Below are positions 27,877 through 37,000 of a DNA stretch of 64,000 bases, piece by piece. Position 1 is the first letter of the stretch. The number at the start of each line of letters is the position of its first letter. The notes beneath the pieces are model-generated. The model saw only the letters and a list, made by a program, of their open reading frames with translations, was not told the DNA's origin and did not search any database. This DNA is from a virus (taxonomy: Duplodnaviria; Caudoviricetes). Location of the stretch: the IMG/VR virus record IMGVR_UViG_3300023235_001725, one strand, 5' to 3'. The translations under genes were made by a program, and so were the position numbers.

Positions 27877-30012
27877 TTATTCCTCACCAAAGGAATCATA
27901 GTCTTCAAAATCTTCTGGGTCCCAGTCGTTCGTGTCCAAACCGAGCTCGCCTTCTAGTTGTTGACTTTCTTTTTCGTTTCTCGCGGTCGATTCTGAGTCA
28001 CTTCTCTCTTCTTCTTGCTGTTGAAAAGCTGACCAATCATTCTCAGAAACTTTCGTCTCAGGGTTTGACATAGACTCGTGGTGAACATACTCTTTATCGA
28101 ACGGAGTGTAAATTTCCTTTGCATCAACACTTGAGTCCTCATAACTGTGGTCTAGCTTTTCTTCATGATACCTAGCTGTTTCAATATTGTAAATCAAATT
28201 TGCCGTACCTGGGCGACCAATGAGTTTCTGCTTCTTAATTTTTTGAGACACAAACTGTACAAGCCCAGGATGTCGGAACGTGTCGAAGTGTGCTTCATTT
28301 CCTTGGGTGCGTCTAGCTCTCAGTCTTGAGAGGTAATATGGCTGATACGTTGCAAGCAAGTTATCTACTTTATTGCTCCACATTGCTCCACCAGCCAAGT
28401 TGTACTGGTCAGGAAGCTGATGGTTTCCTGCGTTCATCAAATCGTCGGTCTGATTGCGGTCAGTAACTTTCTCAATGTTTCCTTTAGGGTGACAAACGAT
28501 AATTTTGTATATGTTGTGGTCCAGAGCGAATCTTTTTTCCTTGCTCAGGTACACTCCGATATATTGGTCGTCTCTACCTCCTGCTGATGCCCAGTCATTA
28601 TCCAACTGGTTAAATGGGTCAGTCATGCACCCCTTGATGTCATGCTTGATAATTAGTTCTTCAAACCTGTCATTAATGTATCGTGGAGTCGGAGTGTCGT
28701 CCTTTGGGTACACAAAGTAAAAGTGCTCCATCATAAAATCAATTCCACGGTTGTACTCCGCAAGTGTCATTTGATTAGGGTGATAATGCTCTGTGGACTG
28801 CCCTACATACATATGTATTAAGTCTTTATAGAAGTCAATAGGAGGGTTTTGCTCTGGTGAGAAAATGCCCCATTTTGTTCCTTCTTTAAAGCTTTTAATA
28901 AGCATTAGTTGGAGCATTAGTGTGGTTTTACCGTGATTAGGTATTCCGTGCATAATGTTCACCTCTCCTAGCTTCCACCTCCAGTGTGGGTCAATAGAAT
29001 TAAAGTAAGTGGTCTCTCCTTTCGCATCTCCTTTGATGTAGGACTGAACCATCGCCTCCCTGATATCTTTCAAGTATATTACGTCACGCGCTGGCGATTC
29101 TGGGTCAAAGTCGCTCATCTCACCTTCTTGGGTGAAAAAAGAGTTTTCGTGCTGATTAGCATACGTAATATAAACCCTCTTTACAATCTCTCTAAAGTCT
29201 CTTGAGTCAACAGAAGATGCCCTGGGTTGGTAATCCTCGATTAGGTTTTCGATGACAAAATCCATCTTTAACCCAAATCTATTACAGGCTGAAGCTATGT
29301 AAACTAAAAATTTATGCTTGTTTCCGTCTCCATAATCATTTGTCCTGTCTGCCCACGCTTTTACTCGACGATAAACTTCACGTCGGTCTGAAAGTTTTGT
29401 TCCGTCTTTAGAGAACTCAGTGACCACTGGTTTCTCTTTAATCATGATATCAAACACCTTACTATCTGGATTCACAAATAGATTTGGGTCATAGCTCTCA
29501 TAGCATAACCTCGAAATATCTTTCAAATCATCCCAACCTTCAAAGTCGTCCATCTTAAAGTACATTCGAAGTGCTTCGAAATACTTACTATAGTCGCTTA
29601 TTACTGCTGGGATTTTTATCAGCACTTTGATACCATCTCCACTTGGAGAGCGGAAATAGGCGTATGTATACGAATCCTTCTCTAATGCCCCTGTCCACTT
29701 CTCGTAGTGTTCTATGTGGTCAAAATCAAGGCAAATTAATCCTGCAGATTCCTGGATTGCATCGTTCGCTCTCCATTTAAACTTTCCCGAAAAAGAGTAC
29801 GCTGGCAGATTCTTTTTAAGAGTGCTTCGCTGCTCTTTAAATTCCTCAGTGATTGGAAGCGCTCTTAGACCTTCAATCCACTCTTTTGAATGACCAGACT
29901 TTATTCTCTCCAATGCTTTCGTTACATCAATGTGATGTGGGTTTTTCGAGTCGAAAGTGTTTTTGTAAATTGTTATAGTTCTTGTCCCTACTTCATGATT
30001 CTTCTTGTCCAT
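27877..30012 (-). CDS. primase-helicase (VirE-N-like prim-pol N-domain plus DnaB/Twinkle-like SF4 helicase)
   Basis: LPAYSFSG, LICLDFDH, FRSPSGDGIK; Walker A GIPNHGKTT, TDPFNQ, VCHPK; start placed at MDKKN. Confidence 0.85.
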   Translation of the reverse strand: MDKKNHEVGTRTITIYKNTFDSKNPHHIDVTKALERIKSGHSKEWIEGLRALPITEEFKEQRSTLKKNLPAYSFSGKFKWRANDAIQESAGLICLDFDHIEHYEKWTGALEKDSYTYAYFRSPSGDGIKVLIKIPAVISDYSKYFEALRMYFKMDDFEGWDDLKDISRLCYESYDPNLFVNPDSKVFDIMIKEKPVVTEFSKDGTKLSDRREVYRRVKAWADRTNDYGDGNKHKFLVYIASACNRFGLKMDFVIENLIEDYQPRASSVDSRDFREIVKRVYITYANQHENSFFTQEGEMSDFDPESPARDVIYLKDIREAMVQSYIKGDAKGETTYFNSIDPHWRWKLGEVNIMHGIPNHGKTTLMLQLMLIKSFKEGTKWGIFSPEQNPPIDFYKDLIHMYVGQSTEHYHPNQMTLAEYNRGIDFMMEHFYFVYPKDDTPTPRYINDRFEELIIKHDIKGCMTDPFNQLDNDWASAGGRDDQYIGVYLSKEKRFALDHNIYKIIVCHPKGNIEKVTDRNQTDDLMNAGNHQLPDQYNLAGGAMWSNKVDNLLATYQPYYLSRLRARRTQGNEAHFDTFRHPGLVQFVSQKIKKQKLIGRPGTANLIYNIETARYHEEKLDHSYEDSSVDAKEIYTPFDKEYVHHESMSNPETKVSENDWSAFQQQEEERSDSESTARNEKESQQLEGELGLDTNDWDPEDFEDYDSFGEE

Positions 30013-30694
30013 CTGTATCTTTTCGTTGCGTTGCTGTTCCATAATAGTTCCCGATTGTCCATTTTCGAGAACTGTGCCCATTTTGAAGCCTGTGATTTGG
30101 GTTCTGATTTAGATACTCTATAAACTTATCACCGTAAAGTGTGCGCGGTCGAATGAAGTTTGTCATCTTATCGTTGTCTTGCCACTCTAGCGTCTTTATT
30201 TCGTTTACTATTTTAAAGTCTTTTACTGTTTTCCCGTCTTTCAGCCATCTCTCTACAAACTCAAATGTCTCCAAACTGTCTGTGGGGAAGCTTCTTTTTG
30301 CAAACAAATTTAAGTGCTCTACAATTTCTTTCACCACTGGATAAGTTGGTGATTTAAGAAAGTCTGCAGACTTTATTTTGCTATTCTTGTGCTCTTGGAG
30401 CATGCGCTTGCTGAAGTAGGCTCCTGTTGATGAATCTTGAAGCAATACGCCTTTGTCAAAGAGCTCTCCAAATGCGTTGTTGAATACGTTTTCATTTGTT
30501 ACCCTCAACATTTTCTGTATATCAAACCTTGACATCACTTTGTTTCGAAAAACCATGTAACCATATGGGTCTCCTCTATGCATATGACATAGAAGGTCAA
30601 TCCACATCCCTTTCGCCGTTAAAGAGCAATGCTTTAACTTAGCATCATCCAACCAGTCTTCTGGGTAAAATGTAAATCCTTGTCTGTCTATCAT
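29993..30694 (-). CDS. replication initiator-like protein (DUF1376/YdaU-like N-terminus plus conserved phage C-terminal domain)
   Basis: FYPEDWL...SLTAKGMWIDLLCHMH; EIVEHLN...KTLEW...FIRPRTLYGDKFIEYLNQ. Confidence 0.7.
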   Translation of the reverse strand: MIDRQGFTFYPEDWLDDAKLKHCSLTAKGMWIDLLCHMHRGDPYGYMVFRNKVMSRFDIQKMLRVTNENVFNNAFGELFDKGVLLQDSSTGAYFSKRMLQEHKNSKIKSADFLKSPTYPVVKEIVEHLNLFAKRSFPTDSLETFEFVERWLKDGKTVKDFKIVNEIKTLEWQDNDKMTNFIRPRTLYGDKFIEYLNQNPNHRLQNGHSSRKWTIGNYYGTATQRKDTDGQEES

Positions 30695-31716
30695 AGTTGT
30701 ATATTGTTGTAGTTTCTTCCGTACTCTCTCTCGTTCACCATTAAGGAATAAAACACTGAAAAAAAGTCTTCTATAGTTCCACTAATGTAATCTTCGTACC
30801 CGTCTGAACGGAAATAACTGATTGTTGTTTGTATGTCTCTATCCTCGCTTAGTGGCAAATAAATAGTTTCACTAATTTGCTCGTAGTCTTCTAGTTGTAA
30901 AGAAGGGTTTTCTAAATTAAGCATACTTGCGTTTCTAATCAACAGGTCTCTTGACTCTAAGATTTGCCGATAAACAATTAAGCTTTTTTCTTCCTGGAGG
31001 ATTTCAGCTTCCTCACACATCTGTTGGTATGTATATTTCTCATCTTTAATAATTGGGAAGAATTTAATGATTTTATCTCTACTTAACCTGTCTACTCCAT
31101 CTACAAAACTGTTTCCCACGAAGCAATTAAGCATTAGTTCATTTTCAATATTGTAACCAAGCTTCTTCTGAAAATTTGCCTTGGTTATCAAATTCATTTT
31201 TGGAGTCATTACAGAAACGTTATCATCTATCAATTGATAGAATTCGTGCTCCCTAGAGAATATTATAATTCGCTCACCTTCTTTTGTTGATTGGTTAACA
31301 TATCCAGCTAGCATATCTGTGCCTTCGGTTTTTTTTGAAATCAACTGACGAACAGAGCAATTATCTAAAAGTCTCTGACATTTGTTTATTTGTCTCAATA
31401 TTGCCAAGTCATGTTCTTCACGTTCAGTTTCCACACCAAAATCCGTTTCAATATAGAGTCGCTTTCTCTTTTCCCATTCTTTTTGCTTTTCAAGATGATA
31501 GGGAGGGTAGTTTTTGTACTTTGTATCCCCAGCCTCCATACCATCCCATGCCACCACAACCCTTGACGGTCGAACGTGGTGAAGAAGGTAATTGAGTGCC
31601 TCGAAGAACCCAACAATTCCTCCACACTTTAACCTCTGCTCTTTGTTCTCATACTTCAAACGCTTAAAATGTTGGCGCTTAACCAACCAGTCTCCGTACA
31701 AGATTAAAGTCTGCAT
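30691..31716 (-). CDS. 5'-3' exonuclease/flap endonuclease (T4 RNase H or PolA-N-like) with degenerate acidic motifs
   Basis: VVAWDG, YKNYPPY, EGTDMLA, SREHEFYQLI, VGNS; start placed at MQTLIL. Confidence 0.78.
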   Translation of the reverse strand: MQTLILYGDWLVKRQHFKRLKYENKEQRLKCGGIVGFFEALNYLLHHVRPSRVVVAWDGMEAGDTKYKNYPPYHLEKQKEWEKRKRLYIETDFGVETEREEHDLAILRQINKCQRLLDNCSVRQLISKKTEGTDMLAGYVNQSTKEGERIIIFSREHEFYQLIDDNVSVMTPKMNLITKANFQKKLGYNIENELMLNCFVGNSFVDGVDRLSRDKIIKFFPIIKDEKYTYQQMCEEAEILQEEKSLIVYRQILESRDLLIRNASMLNLENPSLQLEDYEQISETIYLPLSEDRDIQTTISYFRSDGYEDYISGTIEDFFSVFYSLMVNEREYGRNYNNIQL

Positions 31717-31772
31717 GCTGAAATTATAATTTATTCTACAAATATAAAAAATATCTGTTACCATCAAAGCAG

Positions 31773-31815
31773 AAAACGCCTGAAACTCATGTCAACTCAT
31801 GAGTTTAGGCGTTTT
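31773..31815. terminator. long hairpin / intrinsic terminator after recA
   Basis: AAAACGCCTGAAACTCATG...CATGAGTTTAGGCGTTTT. Confidence 0.75.
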
Positions 31816-31860
31816 CGCTATTCTAAGAACTTATGTTTTCAGAGGTATTAGCAAAGAGTT

Positions 31861-32997
31861 CTAGTCCAAGCTAACATGGTCCCAATCGTTATCATATTCA
31901 AGACTCCACCCGTCTTTTGTCGACGCTTTGTAATCGTCAATTGCTTTCTTTTCGTCCATAATGAAGCCGTGGTCTGTGCAGAGAATTTTTCCCCTAGCAG
32001 ATACGTTATTTACGTGATTTTTAACGAGTCGAATGGCGCTTCGAATTGCAAAGGATACTTTTATTCCATCTTTTGTAGCTTCTACTTTAGATGACCTTGA
32101 TTGAACTCCACCCATTTGTATAACAAATGTTGATGCTAACCAAATACCTTCTCCTCCGTATGGTGCCAAAGATGACATCGTTGCTGGTGGTGTTGGTGGC
32201 TTAGTGTAAGCGTGATTTACAAAGAAGATAGAGTTTGTGTAAGGATAATCATCTCTTCTTGAACTGTTTATCTTTTTGCAGATGTGTCGTTTTATTCTCT
32301 GGTGAATTACTCTTGCTGTAGACATCATTCCACCACTACCTTTTCCTGCGTCAACAGCCTCACGCTCAGCGTTAGACTGTGCTTGGCCGATAGAATCCCA
32401 GATAAACACGATGTCCATTGGGAATTCTCCATTCTCTTGCATTTTGATATACCTATCAACAATGTCACAACCTTCCTCAATAGTATCTACATCATTATGG
32501 ATGTGACAATAGTTCTTGTCGGTGATTAGCCCCATAATCTCAGCTCTCTCTATGGAGAACTTGTTCTCGGTGATAATCAACACAGGGAATATTCCTTGTT
32601 TTTGAGCAAACGTGCCCAATTCGACCGCCATTGTTGTTTTACCGACATCTGAGTGCCCGTAAACCATCGATGCGTGACCCATTGGCAATCCAGGCTGCCT
32701 TAGCGTCTCTTTGAATGCAGTGGACATGTTAATCCATTCCTGCGGTTTCATTTTTACTTGTTTGAAATCAATTTTGTCTGTAATTGATTCCATTTTAGCG
32801 AATTTTTTAGATATTTCCATCTTTTTTTTATCCATTCGCTTTTTAAACTTTATCTGTTCAGTTAAAAGACCAACCATATGTTCGTTGTTCTCTTTTTTCG
32901 AAAATTCTAAAGCCGATTCCAGCTCAATAAGTGTCATCTTATCGAGCCCGTAGTCCTTAGGGTCATTTGATTTTATTTCTTCCGCTTTTCTTGCCAT
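31861..32997 (-). CDS. recA: RecA/UvsX-like recombinase
   Basis: GLPMGHASMVYGHSDVGKTT, FIWDSIG, FFVNH, PYGGEGIWLAS, VKNHVN. Confidence 0.88.
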   Translation of the reverse strand: MARKAEEIKSNDPKDYGLDKMTLIELESALEFSKKENNEHMVGLLTEQIKFKKRMDKKKMEISKKFAKMESITDKIDFKQVKMKPQEWINMSTAFKETLRQPGLPMGHASMVYGHSDVGKTTMAVELGTFAQKQGIFPVLIITENKFSIERAEIMGLITDKNYCHIHNDVDTIEEGCDIVDRYIKMQENGEFPMDIVFIWDSIGQAQSNAEREAVDAGKGSGGMMSTARVIHQRIKRHICKKINSSRRDDYPYTNSIFFVNHAYTKPPTPPATMSSLAPYGGEGIWLASTFVIQMGGVQSRSSKVEATKDGIKVSFAIRSAIRLVKNHVNNVSARGKILCTDHGFIMDEKKAIDDYKASTKDGWSLEYDNDWDHVSLD

Positions 32998-33143
32998 TGC
33001 TACTTTTATTGCTGTTAATTACTGCCTTGGTTCCAAAGCTACATGCTGGGTTGACCTAGTTATAGCAGTCGTTTTTTTCTATAAATAAGCGATAAAAAAC
33101 ACCTATCAATAAGCGTTTATATTGCTAAATAAATCCTTCGTGC

Positions 33144-33398
33144 TTAATCGTGCTCTACACTGATTCTTATCGTTAGTACGCCTTCTAGCCCACTTTCGTG
33201 AATAAACTCTAGCCCTACTAGCATGCCTTCTTTTGTAAGAAGCTCTGCCCCAACTCCATGACCAAACTCCGCACATCTGTCTATAAACTCGTAAAGAATA
33301 AGCTGTCTCGTTTCTTCTATGACTTGCTCAAAAGCGTATTTTTGAACTACGTGCTGAAAACACAGACTAAGAGCAGTCTTTATTTGCTCTTTTGTCAT
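33144..33398 (-). CDS. hypothetical protein
   Basis: ORF track. Confidence 0.6.
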   Translation of the reverse strand: MTKEQIKTALSLCFQHVVQKYAFEQVIEETRQLILYEFIDRCAEFGHGVGAELLTKEGMLVGLEFIHESGLEGVLTIRISVEHD

Positions 33399-33775
33399 CG
33401 TCTGTTATTCTGTGTGTCATCGGATTGAGGGACCCTCCAGTCATACACTGGCCATCCATCTGTTGTTTTTAATGGGCTTCCATCTGGGTTTTTTTTAGTT
33501 CTCAAAAAAACCACATCAGATTTCTTTTGCTGTCCAAAGTTTACTCTGGCTTTACAATCTTTACACGTGATGTGTGTGTACTGCAATTCATCCTCTTTAG
33601 TGATATGAGAACTAAGCGCAAGGTGGTCTCCCCCACAATTTCCACATTTATACACGTCAGGAAATGAGAACATTTTAGCTCCCTCGACAATTTCGAACAT
33701 AGTGTCTCCATTAACTATGAAAGCATGCATTTCTCTTCCTATTTTTTTCTTAATTATTCGCCCATATTTGGCCAT
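33395..33775 (-). CDS. Zn-ribbon hypothetical protein
   Basis: CGNC and CKDC pairs. Confidence 0.7.
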   Translation of the reverse strand: MAKYGRIIKKKIGREMHAFIVNGDTMFEIVEGAKMFSFPDVYKCGNCGGDHLALSSHITKEDELQYTHITCKDCKARVNFGQQKKSDVVFLRTKKNPDGSPLKTTDGWPVYDWRVPQSDDTQNNRR

Positions 33776-34065
33776 GACGTTTGGTTTTAAATATTATAAA
33801 ATGTTTATTAAAAGTGAACCCAAACTCTTGTAAAATCAAGTTGTTTTATAAGGAAAAAATGTTCAAGGGAAGCTTTTTATAAGGTAAATCTGTTTCGCTA
33901 CGATTAAATTTATCTAGCAATTCTGATGTGGTACCTTTCTTAATTGAAAACGTGGCTTATCTGTAAGGTTTTCCCAGTTACGCCCCATTTTAATCCTACT
34001 GTCTGTGTGCTGTAGCGTTTAAAAAAAATACGTTTAACGCAAACACATGCTTGCCTAATAAAAAA

Positions 34066-37000
34066 TTAGTTCAATAAACCTTGAGCTTTATCCCACAACT
34101 TCTGATAACGAAGTATATTCGTAGCCCTATCTGTAACTAAAATCTGTTCAACACTCGTTAAAGCAGGTGATAGCCATTTAAGAATATAATAATCCATTAT
34201 ATTATCTCTAGTAATAGGGCCTTTGAAACTGACTGATTTTCCATTTTCAAGTTGTGCAGTTCTAGGTTTTTTCGTTTTACTAGTTATAGTTTTTGCCATA
34301 AACAACAACCCTTTCTCATCGCTCTCGAAAGAAGCAAAAGCGCGATATTTAGTTGTTCTTACACCTTGCCCTCCTTTCCCTTCACTTGATAAAATGCTTC
34401 CATTAATTAATTCACTATTACCCCATCGACCAATGTCTGCCATAATGCCAAAATGGTTATAGTTAAACCCACCAATAACTTCGCCATTGTATTGTTCCTT
34501 AAGGGCAGTAAATAATATGGCTGTTTTTATATCAAGATTAGCGGTAACACTTGACTTAATTTTATTCGCTAATTCTTCAGGAGTGATAGCTGTCCAAAAA
34601 CGAGATTTATTTGTGTACACAGGAAAATACTTGATTTTATTACCAGGTAATTCTGATATAGGAATGATGTCTGCGTCACCTGTATATTCGCTTTGTGGTG
34701 CTGTTAAATTATCGCCTTCTGGCTTCAAATATTCTAACTCAACTCCTCTGTCTTCTGCTGTTTTAGCTAAGGTCTCTATGGTGATAGGAAATATTCCTCC
34801 GTAGTCGTTCTCTAAATAAAACCGCATTCGCATTCCCTCCATAGTCGTCTCAAAATTGTTCGGAGTGATTGAGTGCTTCACACTTAATATCTGATACAGT
34901 CCGTCAAACATTGGGAGATTTCTTAGAAAGAAAAATTGCATCGGAAATATTTGAGCATTTCCTAGTACATCAATTGTGGATGTGTACGAACGCCCAGCCA
35001 TCACGTTGAGCATCGAGCAATCAGTTGTGACTCGTTTGTTGGAGTTCTCATTGTTCACAAGACGCTCAAGGTTAATTACTGATTCCGCTGTTACCTTATT
35101 ATCTTGTGTCGAAACTTGAATATTCTTTACAATATTGTTTTCTGTAGAACCGTACTTCACCTCTAAAGCATCTACATCCAAATCCTCTTGGCTTCTAGAT
35201 AGCGCAGCTGGAGTCGTATACGTGTCTGATGGCTTCAGCGCTCTGGACTCTGGTGTCGGAATAAACATTACATGGAAAAAGTTGATGACTCTTTGAGCCC
35301 CGTCATAATTCTTAGGTGTGTAGATATCGTTTACGTCTAAATAGTTTGCGTATCCAGGAATTGGAATAAACATGAAATTGTTCTTGGAACATATCGCTTG
35401 AATGACATTCAATACAGTTGTATCTGAACGAGCCTCACTTAAAGCATCTGTGTTGATGAGTGCGTTTTCTACCTGTATAAACTGATTATTAGCCGTTGAG
35501 TTAGCTTGTTTAATCCTTTGAAGAGGAAAGTCATAAACAAACACCCCGCTCCTAGAAGACACTGTGTCACTAGCTGACGCCGTTGCTGCATAGTTTACGT
35601 CTGTCGTATTTAAACCTCTTCCAAGTGTTCCTAAACCACATGAACCATATTCTTTCATTAACTCCACAGCAAGTTGGCTGTGTCCTGGTGCTATAGTGTT
35701 TGTGATGTTTCCACCTGAATCGACATCATCTCTGAACACGATGGAATTCCACTGTTGGAATAGCGAGTGGAATTGCTTGTAGATTATATTTTCTCCTTCT
35801 TGTGCATTTCCTAGAATTTGAGTTATAACGTTATTATCCTCTGTTTCAATCTCTTGAATTAACTCTAAAATTTTAGAACACACTTTATAAATATATCTTC
35901 TTTGATATGTTCCTTCTATCGCACCATTATTGACTGCGCTATTTCTTTTTCCTGTGAATAAATCAAAAGAAATTCTTTCATTTAGTTCAACAAAATCAGC
36001 TGCTGCTGCCGAGTTCGATATTTCTACAGCGGGAGAAATAATAGCGGCAGCAGCATCACTCACTAAAGTTGAAGACGAATCTTCAGAAAAGATGCTTGTA
36101 ACAAGGTTTAGTCCTCCTTGAAAAAGGTTTGCTCCTACTTGAAAAATGCCTGTTACTATTTGAGCATAACCTTGAACAACGTCTGCTGTTGCGTCGGCGA
36201 TTATCCCATCTAGTATTTCGTCGGAATTCTTATAGGCATTATCGTTTAAGTAAAAAGCTTTTACGAATAAAATTGGATTTTGGCTTGATACTTCAACTCC
36301 ACCAGTATTATCCTCTGGGACGTTGGGGTTTTTTATTTTCCTTCGAAAAAGGAATGCTTCTTTATAGTCTTCTGTAGATGCAAACGAATTAATCCATGTA
36401 TTTGTTTGAAAGTTTCCGAGATTATCGTTTAATTCCGTGCTGCTATCATTGGAACGTATCTTTTGGTAATCAAACACTATATCTTTGGAGATAATCTTGT
36501 TAAAAAGCTCTACTGCTTCTGTTAAGTCCTCTCCGTCTTCTCCTAGAGCTTCCTCTATGTAATAAAAGTTTTCATTGGTGGCGGATGCATCGTTGTTATC
36601 ACCTGCTTCATAGCCTTGCCCAATTAAGACTTCTTTTGCTCTAATTGCATCTTCTCCTTCATAAGCTAGCCAGAAAGTTCGAAAATCTCTCTCCTTCTTG
36701 TGTACTCCTGTAAAATAAGGCACGCCGTTATTTATAAAGTGGTTTCCAGCCATGCTGGCTTGGTCTATAGACGCCAAGTCGCCCGTGAAAAGGCCTTCTA
36801 AGGCTTCTTTTACAGACATCGTTACAGGTCTCTTTTTGTCGTCGTTTATCCCAGCTACAAAAGTTTTCAACTCTTCTTGAGTTGTAATTTTTTCTATCTC
36901 AGTTGTTTGTCCATTATGTTCAATTACGACCTCATAATTCAAAATAACTGAATCCACAGCATCTTCTGAATCAGTTTTTAGAAAATCTTCTAAATCAAAC

